Positions 18,398-24,948 of a stretch of DNA of 64,000 bases are shown here, piece by piece. The stretch is from sequence record ON529860.1; one strand, 5' to 3'. Under the pieces are notes generated by a model that ran no database searches, had not been told where the DNA came from, and saw only the letters and a list, made by a program, of their open reading frames with translations. Each line of letters starts with the position of its first letter. The stretch's first letter is position 1. The translations under genes were made by a program, and so were the position numbers.

Positions 18398-18741
18398 GCG
18401 TGACCTCGCGTGCGAACGGCCTCGCAGACCTCGCTGGCGGGGTCGCCGTCGTTGTTGCGCCGTCGTTCGCTGGCAGGGTGTTTGCGCCATCCTGACGGCT
18501 CGCCCTGGAAGTCCCGCTCGGACCATTCGATCAGGGCGAGCAGGGCGCGGCGGAAGTCCGCATAGCAGTAGCGGTCGAGATAGCCCGAACGGTCGCCCAC
18601 CTCCCCGATGTGCAGGGTCCAGTGGAAGAGCAGCGGCTTGACCCCGCACCACATGGCGTCCGGCATGATCAGCGCGGCGGCGTATCCCTGGCTTTCCAGC
18701 CAGGTCAGGAACTCGGCTTCAGCGGCGTCCGGCTTAAGCAT
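18394..18741 (-). CDS. hypothetical phage protein
   Basis: start moved to MLKPDAAE; GYLDRYCY...W....GEP.GWRKH pattern. Confidence 0.7.
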   Translation of the reverse strand: MLKPDAAEAEFLTWLESQGYAAALIMPDAMWCGVKPLLFHWTLHIGEVGDRSGYLDRYCYADFRRALLALIEWSERDFQGEPSGWRKHPASERRRNNDGDPASEVCEAVRTRGHA

Positions 18742-19081
18742 CGGGAGAACAGGCTGCGGCGCAGCGCAGCCCCATCGCCCAGCCGGCGGCGTTCGGGCGG
18801 AACCGGGCGATCGGCGAGAGAAAGTCGACGGATTCGCTGAAGTGCGGATCGACCACGCCGCGATTGCGCGCCACCACCGCCTCAAAGCAATCCGCCTGGA
18901 ACAACATGATCTTGCGACCCTCGTAGTTGCTGGCGTCCGGATACTGGACCTCGACGAGCACGAAGGCGCCGACGCGCAACTGTTGGATCAGGCGGAAGTT
19001 CGTTGCGACGGGATTTCCCGGCGGCGGCGCCGCCGGGCGATCGAAGGTGGAGCCGCTCAACCGGTAGCCGACCCCCATCAC
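18734..19081 (-). CDS. hypothetical phage protein (115 aa)
   Basis: YPDASNYEG.KI..F...DPHFS...SPIARFRP...GW pattern seen in phage hypotheticals. Confidence 0.75.
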   Translation of the reverse strand: MMGVGYRLSGSTFDRPAAPPPGNPVATNFRLIQQLRVGAFVLVEVQYPDASNYEGRKIMLFQADCFEAVVARNRGVVDPHFSESVDFLSPIARFRPNAAGWAMGLRCAAACSPDA

Positions 19082-19407
19082 GACGCCCTTTCGCTCAGGT
19101 AGACGACATTGGAGCCGTCGATCGCGCCCAGCCCCTGGTCGGCGTTGAGCGCACGTTCGACGCGGCGCTGCGCGTCCAGGCGGAACTGATCGCGATCCGC
19201 CATCGTCACCAGCGGAAGCGTCAAAGGCCCGCCCGTCAAGGCCAGGCCGTGGGACCGCGCGGCATCGGCCGCGCCCGTCCGGGTGCCGAAAGCGCCGTAG
19301 TGCGGCTGCGCCTTACCGGGGAAGAGCGTGCTTTCACTGACCAGGCGGTATTGGTGGGGATGGCTGCGGTAGCCGGTAGACTCTTCTATGATCCAGGCCT
19401 TGCGCAT
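19078..19407 (-). CDS. hypothetical protein
   Basis: start moved to MRKAWIIE. Confidence 0.65.
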   Translation of the reverse strand: MRKAWIIEESTGYRSHPHQYRLVSESTLFPGKAQPHYGAFGTRTGAADAARSHGLALTGGPLTLPLVTMADRDQFRLDAQRRVERALNADQGLGAIDGSNVVYLSERAS

Positions 19408-19408
19408 C

Positions 19409-19870
19409 TCAGACCGCCTTGCTCTTGGGCCAGTGCCGCAGCACACCGGCGGCGATCTGCTGCCCGCGCGCGGTGAGCGTGGTCTTGCCCGTCAGCAGCC
19501 CCAGGCGGATGAGATGGTCGAAGATCGGTTGCAGAGACCCGACTTCGGCCGGCATCGGGCGCTCCTGATGCAGACGGATCAGCACCCGGCGATCGTCTTC
19601 GTCAAGGGCGCTGTAGATTTGTTGACGTTCGCTGGCGTCGACTTCGCCCGTCTCGATCAACGTGGAGTCGATCTCCAACGCGCGCGCCGTCAGCATGTCG
19701 GCGATCTCCATCGCGGTATGCATGGCGCTGTTGCGATCCTGCGTGCGGAACGCGGCGACAAGGCGATGGCCCATCTGCGCAGCCGCCCAGGCCGAGATCA
19801 CCTTGGGAGAGCCTACAGGCTCCGCCGCCATCACGGTGTCCAGGGGAACTTCGATGTCGAACTCTTCCAC
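19409..19870 (-). CDS. hypothetical protein, C-terminal wHTH-like
   Basis: GTG start with SD AGGAGG after promoter 19901-19926; HLIRLGLL...TLTARG. Confidence 0.7.
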   Translation of the reverse strand: MEEFDIEVPLDTVMAAEPVGSPKVISAWAAAQMGHRLVAAFRTQDRNSAMHTAMEIADMLTARALEIDSTLIETGEVDASERQQIYSALDEDDRRVLIRLHQERPMPAEVGSLQPIFDHLIRLGLLTGKTTLTARGQQIAAGVLRHWPKSKAV

Positions 19871-19900
19871 GCAGCCTCCTATGTGTCGTCGAACCACCGC

Positions 19901-19926
19901 GTAAAGGAATGAATCCTGACTGTCAA
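19901..19926 (-). promoter_or_regulatory. conserved phage promoter copy 6
   Basis: GTAAAGGAATGAATCCTGACTGTCAA. Confidence 0.8.
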
Positions 19927-20074
19927 CCACCGCCAGTTCTGCTGACGTAGCTTGTCCTTTCACTGGGCGTCCTGTTTTCAGCGCGTGCTGAAACCACCGT
20001 GGGGAGTGAAACCGGCCGTCTTGCGCCATCGGCTGGCCGAGATATGGTGTCGGACGGCCATGGGAGGCAAGCGC

Positions 20075-20374
20075 ATGACTTACATGACGATCGGGCAGGT
20101 GGGCGCGATGGCGCGAGGTCGGGGCATGGTTTTCAGCCGGACCGCCGACACCTATCAATTCCGGCTGCGGTATCGGGACCCGACCGCCTCTGATGCGGAC
20201 GGCCGTTCAGAATGGATCACGGCGGACCTTCAAGAAATCATCGCGGTGCTGCGAACCATGGAGCCGTTCGAACCGCCTCCGGTCGTCACCATCCCCCGCC
20301 AGGCGAACTTCAGCAACAATCGGGCGTGCAGCGACCTGGAGCCGCGCGACAAGCGCTCGTCCAGCGACTACTAG
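20075..20374 (+). CDS. hypothetical protein (99 aa)
   Basis: SD GGGAGG upstream of ATG 20075. Confidence 0.65.
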   Translation: MTYMTIGQVGAMARGRGMVFSRTADTYQFRLRYRDPTASDADGRSEWITADLQEIIAVLRTMEPFEPPPVVTIPRQANFSNNRACSDLEPRDKRSSSDY

Positions 20375-20437
20375 GACAACGCCTAAGGACAGGATGTCCG
20401 CCTAAGTATACATCACGGGTAAAAAGAGTCCGATGGC

Positions 20438-20481
20438 TCACTCGTGGGCTTCGCCCCCTCGTGACCGGCTGCCGCCGGCCC
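20438..20481. repeat. 44-bp dispersed repeat, copy A (copy B at 31735-31778)
   Basis: 41/44 identity between copies; two hairpins. Confidence 0.85.
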
Positions 20482-20546
20482 CCTCCGGACGCCCTGCGCT
20501 CAGACCGACCCGGACCGGCACAGCCGTTTCGGTCGATGTGGATTTT

Positions 20547-20583
20547 TTCATGTTGCTTAAGTCAGCTTCATGTTGTTTAAGTC
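20547..20583 (+). promoter_or_regulatory. tandem 17-bp direct repeat (operator-like) upstream of HTH gene
   Basis: TTCATGTTGCTTAAGTC and TTCATGTTGTTTAAGTC, 20-bp period, AT-rich. Confidence 0.6.
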
Positions 20584-20611
20584 GCGTCATCGCTCAATCA
20601 AGGAGACCGCG

Positions 20612-20935
20612 ATGCGCTACACGCAAGAACAGATCGCCGCCCAGTCGCAACTGGTGACGGACGCCCTGGAGGAACTGACCGAGCATCAAGCCCGGCTCGC
20701 CCACATGCTGAAGCAGAACGCCGCGCCGCTGAAGCCGGGGCCGAAACCGGCCCTGCTGAACATGTACGGCAAGCTGACCGAGTACGGCACGATGGTCATG
20801 TTCGGCATGTTCGCGGCCGGCGATCGCGATAGCGACATTGCAGCCCACTTTGAGATCACGCCCTCGGCCGTGTACGCGCGCCGTCAGCGCTGGGAGAGCG
20901 CCCAGCGCAAGAAGAAGGCGCTTCAGTCGGCCTGA
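20612..20935 (+). CDS. small DNA-binding protein with C-terminal HTH
   Basis: SD AAGGAG; RDSDIAAHFEITPSAVYARRQRW. Confidence 0.75.
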   Translation: MRYTQEQIAAQSQLVTDALEELTEHQARLAHMLKQNAAPLKPGPKPALLNMYGKLTEYGTMVMFGMFAAGDRDSDIAAHFEITPSAVYARRQRWESAQRKKKALQSA

Positions 20936-20943
20936 CGCAGCCT

Positions 20944-20977
20944 TCGTGTTGCCGTATCGGCTGATACGGCAACACGA
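20944..20977. terminator. perfect 15-bp hairpin between convergent genes
   Basis: TCGTGTTGCCGTATC/GGCT/GATACGGCAACACGA. Confidence 0.6.
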
Positions 20978-20990
20978 TCTTTACACGAGG

Positions 20991-21114
20991 CCGGACAGTA
21001 TCCGGACATAAGCGGACATCGTGGCCGTCCATATATGGACGTTTAACCCGCATAACGCCCCTCAAACGTCCATATATGGACGGCAGGCTCGACAATCCGG
21101 ACATTATCCGGACA
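20991..21114. repeat. nested palindrome and ~11-bp direct-repeat array
   Basis: 21-bp perfect inverted repeat (21024-21044/21064-21084), each arm holding palindrome CGTCCATATATGGACG; CGGACA repeats on both flanks. Confidence 0.85.
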
Positions 21115-21645
21115 TCAGGACGGGCGAAGCTGGCTCAGCCGCATCTCGTCGATCCCCTTCGCCAGGGCGTAGTTGGAATAGGCGCGGTCCCCGGTGATCT
21201 CGGCGTCGACGGCTTCGGCGAACCAGGCCGGCATGTTGACGCCGTGGTTCTCGTCCGGCAGTTCGACCTCCAGGATCATCAGGTGGCGCAGGGCGGGGTG
21301 ATCGAACATGTCGAACTCCAGCGTCAGGTCGCCGTGCGGGATCGACCAACGCGTCTTCTCGATACAGGCGCCTTTTGTGTGGTGGATCGCCAGGTTCAGG
21401 TAGGTCATCCCGTCGATCTCGAACTCGATCTCATGGCTGGCGAAGGCAGAACCTTCGACGGGCCGCTTCATCGTCAGGTGATAGCGCGGGTTGAACAGCT
21501 TGCACGAGGTCTGGCGGATGCGCACGATCCATTCGCCCGTCCCCTGGATGTAGGCCTGGGTGATCTTCACCATGCGGGCGGCGTCCAGGACGGCTTCCGG
21601 CGGCAGCGACTTGAGCCGGAACCGGCGTTCGATCTCCACGCTCAT
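21115..21645 (-). CDS. CYTH / triphosphate tunnel metalloenzyme
   Basis: VEIERRF (ExExR), VRIR, LTMK, HEIE, IEKTR, LEVEL motifs. Confidence 0.85.
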   Translation of the reverse strand: MSVEIERRFRLKSLPPEAVLDAARMVKITQAYIQGTGEWIVRIRQTSCKLFNPRYHLTMKRPVEGSAFASHEIEFEIDGMTYLNLAIHHTKGACIEKTRWSIPHGDLTLEFDMFDHPALRHLMILEVELPDENHGVNMPAWFAEAVDAEITGDRAYSNYALAKGIDEMRLSQLRPS

Positions 21646-22358
21646 GCCGGCGCTCCGACGCTGTAAGCGGCTTCCTGCATCCGGCGCAAGGCTTGCGGCC
21701 GGAACGGGACTTCAGCCCGCACAACATCACGCGCGGCGTCCGACGGCTTGAACGTCACATGGGCGCCATGGGGCGACCAAACCGCCCGCACCGGATAGAC
21801 GAGGCCCGCCTGAACGGCGCCGGCGTACTCGTTGTGAATGAACGGCTCGTGGGTCCCGAACTCGACGCCGCGCACCGGCAGCAACAAGCGGGCCACCCGC
21901 CGGTTCACCGCCATCGGCTTAAAGTCCCATCCGCCCCGCTCGACCACTTGCTGGAAGGTGCAGACTTGGTCTGGATCGCCCTCCAGGGTCTTTTCACAGG
22001 CGTAGAGACGCCCCTTCAGGGTCACTTCCCATACGACGTCCTGGCCCTGCGCATCCTGTTCGCACGGCCGCAGGCGGCCGTCGGCGACCGCCGTCACGAC
22101 CAGAGCGCGAAGCGTCGGGTCTTCCCGCATCGGCGTGCGTCGCGCCTCGCCCAGCCAACTATACCGCAGGGTGTCGGCGCCGGTGTCGGCGGTGATGACC
22201 ATGGCGCCGGAGCGGGCGACCGCCGCCCACATGGCGTCGTCCTCCATCTGGGCGCTCTCGGGGTCCATGCCTTGCGGCGCGCGCGCGATGTCGGCGACGG
22301 CCGGCAATCCGACCAGGGCGGCGAGCGCGGTGAAGACGGTGCGTCGGTTCATGTTCAT
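21642..22358 (-). CDS. hypothetical protein with Tat-like signal peptide
   Basis: start moved to MNMNRRTVFTALAALVGL; twin Arg plus hydrophobic core. Confidence 0.65.
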   Translation of the reverse strand: MNMNRRTVFTALAALVGLPAVADIARAPQGMDPESAQMEDDAMWAAVARSGAMVITADTGADTLRYSWLGEARRTPMREDPTLRALVVTAVADGRLRPCEQDAQGQDVVWEVTLKGRLYACEKTLEGDPDQVCTFQQVVERGGWDFKPMAVNRRVARLLLPVRGVEFGTHEPFIHNEYAGAVQAGLVYPVRAVWSPHGAHVTFKPSDAARDVVRAEVPFRPQALRRMQEAAYSVGAPA

Positions 22359-22364
22359 GCCGCT

Positions 22365-22437
22365 TTTCTGCCTTGTCGATTTTTTCGTGTCAACCGCAAC
22401 GGCGCCGGTTGACAGCAATCCCGGCACATGCGAGAAA
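22365..22437. promoter_or_regulatory. back-to-back divergent promoters
   Basis: inverted repeat TGTCAACCG-N9-CGGTTGACA gives TTGACA on both strands, each followed at 17 nt by (C/G)AGAAA. Confidence 0.5.
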
Positions 22438-22443
22438 GAACAC

Positions 22444-22909
22444 CTCGGCGGCGCGGTCCCAGGACAGCGCCGTCGGGCGATCTCGACCGGCACACGGGCT
22501 TGGGAAGATCAGAGGAATAGATGGGGAACCACAGCAGCGCTCCGGCGGGCTGCCCGATCACCGCGCTATCCTTGCGGACCCCTCAGGGGATAGGCTCTGA
22601 CGCCGCAAAGATGTCGAGAGGACGGACCCTGCTGAACGGCGCTGTAACGCCGCCTCGGCAGGGAGCAAGGTTGACCCGACGCGTCTTCAGGCGCGTCCTC
22701 GACTGGACCCCGCCCATTACCAGTATCGTAGGTGGCTAAGCGTTCGCCTCCCCCGTCCGGGACATGTACCGGCCGGACCGAGAGGTATTCGCGAGGCGAG
22801 CACGCCAGGGTTACGTCACCGAAGCCGGTTCACCCGCCCGGCGCGATCGAGGGTCCATGGCCCTCCTTACCAAACCCCCGTCGGCTCGCGTCGGCGGGGG
22901 TCTCTTCTT
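22444..22909 (+). ncRNA. candidate long structured non-coding RNA (RNA1, ~465 nt)
   Basis: no convincing protein ORF; many hairpins; bounded by TTGACA promoter and terminator-like hairpin 22874-22909; family not recognised. Confidence 0.45.
22874..22909 (+). terminator. terminator-like hairpin
   Basis: ACCCCCGTCGGC/TCGC/GTCGGCGGGGGT followed by CTCTTCTT. Confidence 0.55.
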
Positions 22910-22917
22910 GAGGGCCT

Positions 22918-23136
22918 ATGCCGTACCAGATCAGGATCACCACCGCCGACTGCGAAACCCTCTCGGGCCAGACAGGCCTCAAGGGGATGATCTCAGGCTT
23001 GCGCGCCATGAAGGCCTGGGCCGAGGAACACACGCCGGGATGGACCTACATCGCGGGCCTTCAGCGGTTCCAATTCCAGACTGCGGATGACCTCGACCGG
23101 TTCGAAGCGACGTTCAAAAGCGCGCCGGAAGCCTGA
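22918..23136 (+). CDS. hypothetical protein (72 aa)
   Basis: SD GAGGG; protein-like composition. Confidence 0.7.
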   Translation: MPYQIRITTADCETLSGQTGLKGMISGLRAMKAWAEEHTPGWTYIAGLQRFQFQTADDLDRFEATFKSAPEA

Positions 23137-23410
23137 CGAGTCTTCAAGGCTGTATCGGGCGCTAACCCGGAGTTGCCTGGTCTCGTGATGATCAGGGCTG
23201 ATTTTCCTGGTGTTTCCTGCGCCGTATCCCAACAATTTGTTAAGACCTCAGGAGGCGTCTCCAGGCGGACTCGCTGCGCTTTCGGGCGAGGCTTCCCTGC
23301 CGCCGGGGATGGCGGGGCCTCGCGGCCGGAGCGTAATCGGGGGGCGTCATGCGCTCGCACAGGGAAGTGTCCTGCCAAGGACAAGCCTTTGTGGCACACT
23401 TGGGGCGAAA

Positions 23411-23442
23411 CGAAAAGCCCCGCCGGCGAACCGACGGGGCTT
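23411..23442 (-). terminator. intrinsic terminator
   Basis: AAGCCCCGTCGG/TTCG/CCGGCGGGGCTT then TTCGTTT on minus strand. Confidence 0.75.
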
Positions 23443-23658
23443 ATCCACAAGGGAAGGTCCTAAGACCTCGCTCGATGCCTCTTGCCTTACGGCTATCCCG
23501 CATAACGCGTGGACCCCTCACAGGGCGGGTGGACGCTTTTGCCCCGAATGGCGCAACCGATCTATCGTCCGAAACAGGGTGAGACCTCGGCGGCCGCACG
23601 AGGTCTCGGGCGTTCTCAAGCCGGCGTTCCGATCCTCGTACTGACCGGCGATTGAACA
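23411..23658 (-). ncRNA. candidate structured non-coding RNA (RNA2, ~245 nt)
   Basis: promoter TTGACT-N17-CATACT, internal 9-bp stem, ends at UUCG-capped terminator with U-tract; no plausible ORF. Confidence 0.5.
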
Positions 23659-23664
23659 GGCGGG

Positions 23665-23693
23665 AGTATGGCCCAGCTTGACTGTAAAGTCAA
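23665..23693 (-). promoter_or_regulatory. sigma70-type promoter for RNA2
   Basis: TTGACT (23693-23688), 17-nt spacer, CATACT (23670-23665); the -35 sits in palindrome CTTGAC-N6-GTCAAG. Confidence 0.6.
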
Positions 23694-24034
23694 GACCGCG
23701 CGGTGATGGAGCAGGCCATGGAGTTCGGGTCGTAGTCGTTGGATCGGTAGCCTTCCGCAAAAAGGTAGGTCTGGCCGCCGGTCTGGAACGTGTAGACGAT
23801 GCAGTGTTCGCCCGTGAAGACCCGTGTCAGGCCAACGGCGGCGCGTTCCTCAGCGGCCTTGTCGGCGGCGAAGCGCCGGCGTTCCTCGGCGGTCATCGGG
23901 CGGGTCTGATTTGGACCCACCTCGACAATGGTCGGGACGTTCTCGACCGGCGGAGAGGGGCTCTGCGACGGCGCATTGCAGGCGGCCGTCAGCAGCATGG
24001 CGGCGGCGGCGAGGATGAGTGTGGTCTTGGTCAT
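23690..24034 (-). CDS. putative lipoprotein
   Basis: signal ending LTAAC; C-terminal C..YTF..GGQTYL...CSIT. Confidence 0.8.
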   Translation of the reverse strand: MTKTTLILAAAAMLLTAACNAPSQSPSPPVENVPTIVEVGPNQTRPMTAEERRRFAADKAAEERAAVGLTRVFTGEHCIVYTFQTGGQTYLFAEGYRSNDYDPNSMACSITARS

Positions 24035-24091
24035 GAGGTCCTTTCGAGGGAGCGGCCGGGATTCCTCCCGAGGGCGGTGCCGGGGGTGGGA

Positions 24092-24418
24092 TTAGTCGTC
24101 TAAGTCAGGATGCCAGCCTGCTGGACGCGGCTCCGGCTTCCAGCGGCGATCTTCTCCGGTCGGGAAGCCGAACTTCAGCACCATGTCGTAAGATTTCCAG
24201 AACGCACGGGCCTGGGGATAGGAGACCAGGATCAGATACAGCGCCATAAGGCCGTTCAGTGCGGGGATCAGGAAGAACATCACCACCGGGAACAACATCA
24301 AAGGTCGGAGGACCGCGTTGCCGTAATCAGACCGGCTCCACCAGTGGGCGCTCTGGATGATGAAGACCCCGCAGACGCACATAGGTGCGAGCCAGTAGAT
24401 CAGGAATGGATCAGGCAT
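24092..24418 (-). CDS. two-TM membrane protein (108 aa)
   Basis: SD GGAGG; two hydrophobic segments. Confidence 0.75.
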   Translation of the reverse strand: MPDPFLIYWLAPMCVCGVFIIQSAHWWSRSDYGNAVLRPLMLFPVVMFFLIPALNGLMALYLILVSYPQARAFWKSYDMVLKFGFPTGEDRRWKPEPRPAGWHPDLDD

Positions 24419-24427
24419 GGGGACCTC

Positions 24428-24484
24428 CTAGAGACAGATCAGGGCGAGGATGAAGGTGAAGATGAAGACGCGTAGCGCGATCAT
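24428..24484 (-). CDS. 18-aa hydrophobic micropeptide MIALRVFIFTFILALICL (not in ORF track)
   Basis: ATGA overlap with upstream stop; exactly fills the gap; entirely hydrophobic. Confidence 0.5.
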   Translation of the reverse strand: MIALRVFIFTFILALICL

Positions 24485-24789
24485 CGGGGCGCCGGGGTGA
24501 TGGCGCAGCCCGCCCGAGAATACCGCGCGCTGGCCGCAACGAGATAGGTCTGCCCGTCGTAGGTAAAGGCCCCGACCTCGCACTCACTCACCTGCGCCAG
24601 CGGCGTGTAGGTCCACAGGGGGTCGCCGGCCGGCTTGTCTTCGGTCTGGATCGCCGCCTGCGACGGGCCAAAGGCCGCCGGCGCGGTCACCGCCGACGCT
24701 GCGGGCGCAGGGGCCTGGTTCGCCGGCTGGCAGGCCGCCAGTGAGGAGCCCAGGGCGGCGGCGAGCAGGGTGAGTTTGATACGGGGCAT
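24481..24789 (-). CDS. putative lipoprotein, paralog of 23690-24034
   Basis: signal ending SLAAC; C..GAFTYDGQTYL...CAIT. Confidence 0.8.
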   Translation of the reverse strand: MPRIKLTLLAAALGSSLAACQPANQAPAPAASAVTAPAAFGPSQAAIQTEDKPAGDPLWTYTPLAQVSECEVGAFTYDGQTYLVAASARYSRAGCAITPAPR

Positions 24790-24825
24790 GAAAAAGTCCT
24801 CCAGGCGTTGTCGTCTGGAGGACTT

Positions 24826-24850
24826 GTAAAGGAATGATTTGCGGTGTCAA
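24826..24850 (-). promoter_or_regulatory. conserved phage promoter copy 7
   Basis: GTAAAGGAATGATTTGCGGTGTCAA (one base shorter). Confidence 0.8.
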
Positions 24851-24948
24851 CCCAGGAAGAAGCGGATCAGCAGCCCGGCGGCCCCGAACAGACCGAAGAT
24901 CAGCACCAGGTCGAGCGCCATGCTCGGCGGCTTGTCTCGCTGAGGCAT
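24847..24948 (-). CDS. 33-aa single-TM peptide (not in ORF track)
   Basis: MPQRDKPPSMALDLVLIFGLFGAAGLLIRFFLG; start abuts upstream stop. Confidence 0.55.
   Translation of the reverse strand: MPQRDKPPSMALDLVLIFGLFGAAGLLIRFFLG

Noticed and set aside
20547-20583. Canonical CtrA box
   Set aside because: The TTAA half-sites are 16 nt apart, not 7; kept only as a direct repeat
20991-21114. CRISPR array or protelomerase target
   Set aside because: No repeat-spacer periodicity or cas genes; the symmetry centre is a 19-bp non-palindromic spacer and no protelomerase gene is in the window
22444-22909. tmRNA, RNase P, SRP, group I intron or cobalamin riboswitch identity for RNA1
   Set aside because: No tRNA-like T loop/CCA or ANDN-type tag frame, no GAGGAAAGUCC, no SRP loop, no P/Q/R/S cores, only a partial CTGTAA match
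23133-23175. CTGACGA hammerhead-like core
   Set aside because: No GAAA after a closed stem II; the motif overlaps the stop codon of the 72-aa gene
23392-23406. TGGCAC-like sigma54 promoter
   Set aside because: GG-N10-GC spacing fits but the -12 box is GGGC rather than TTGC, and no gene follows
23677-23694. CTTGA-CTGTAAA-GTCAAG resembling a tRNA-Tyr anticodon arm
   Set aside because: Pairing gives a 6-nt loop, and no D arm, T arm or acceptor stem is present; better explained as a palindrome over a -35 element
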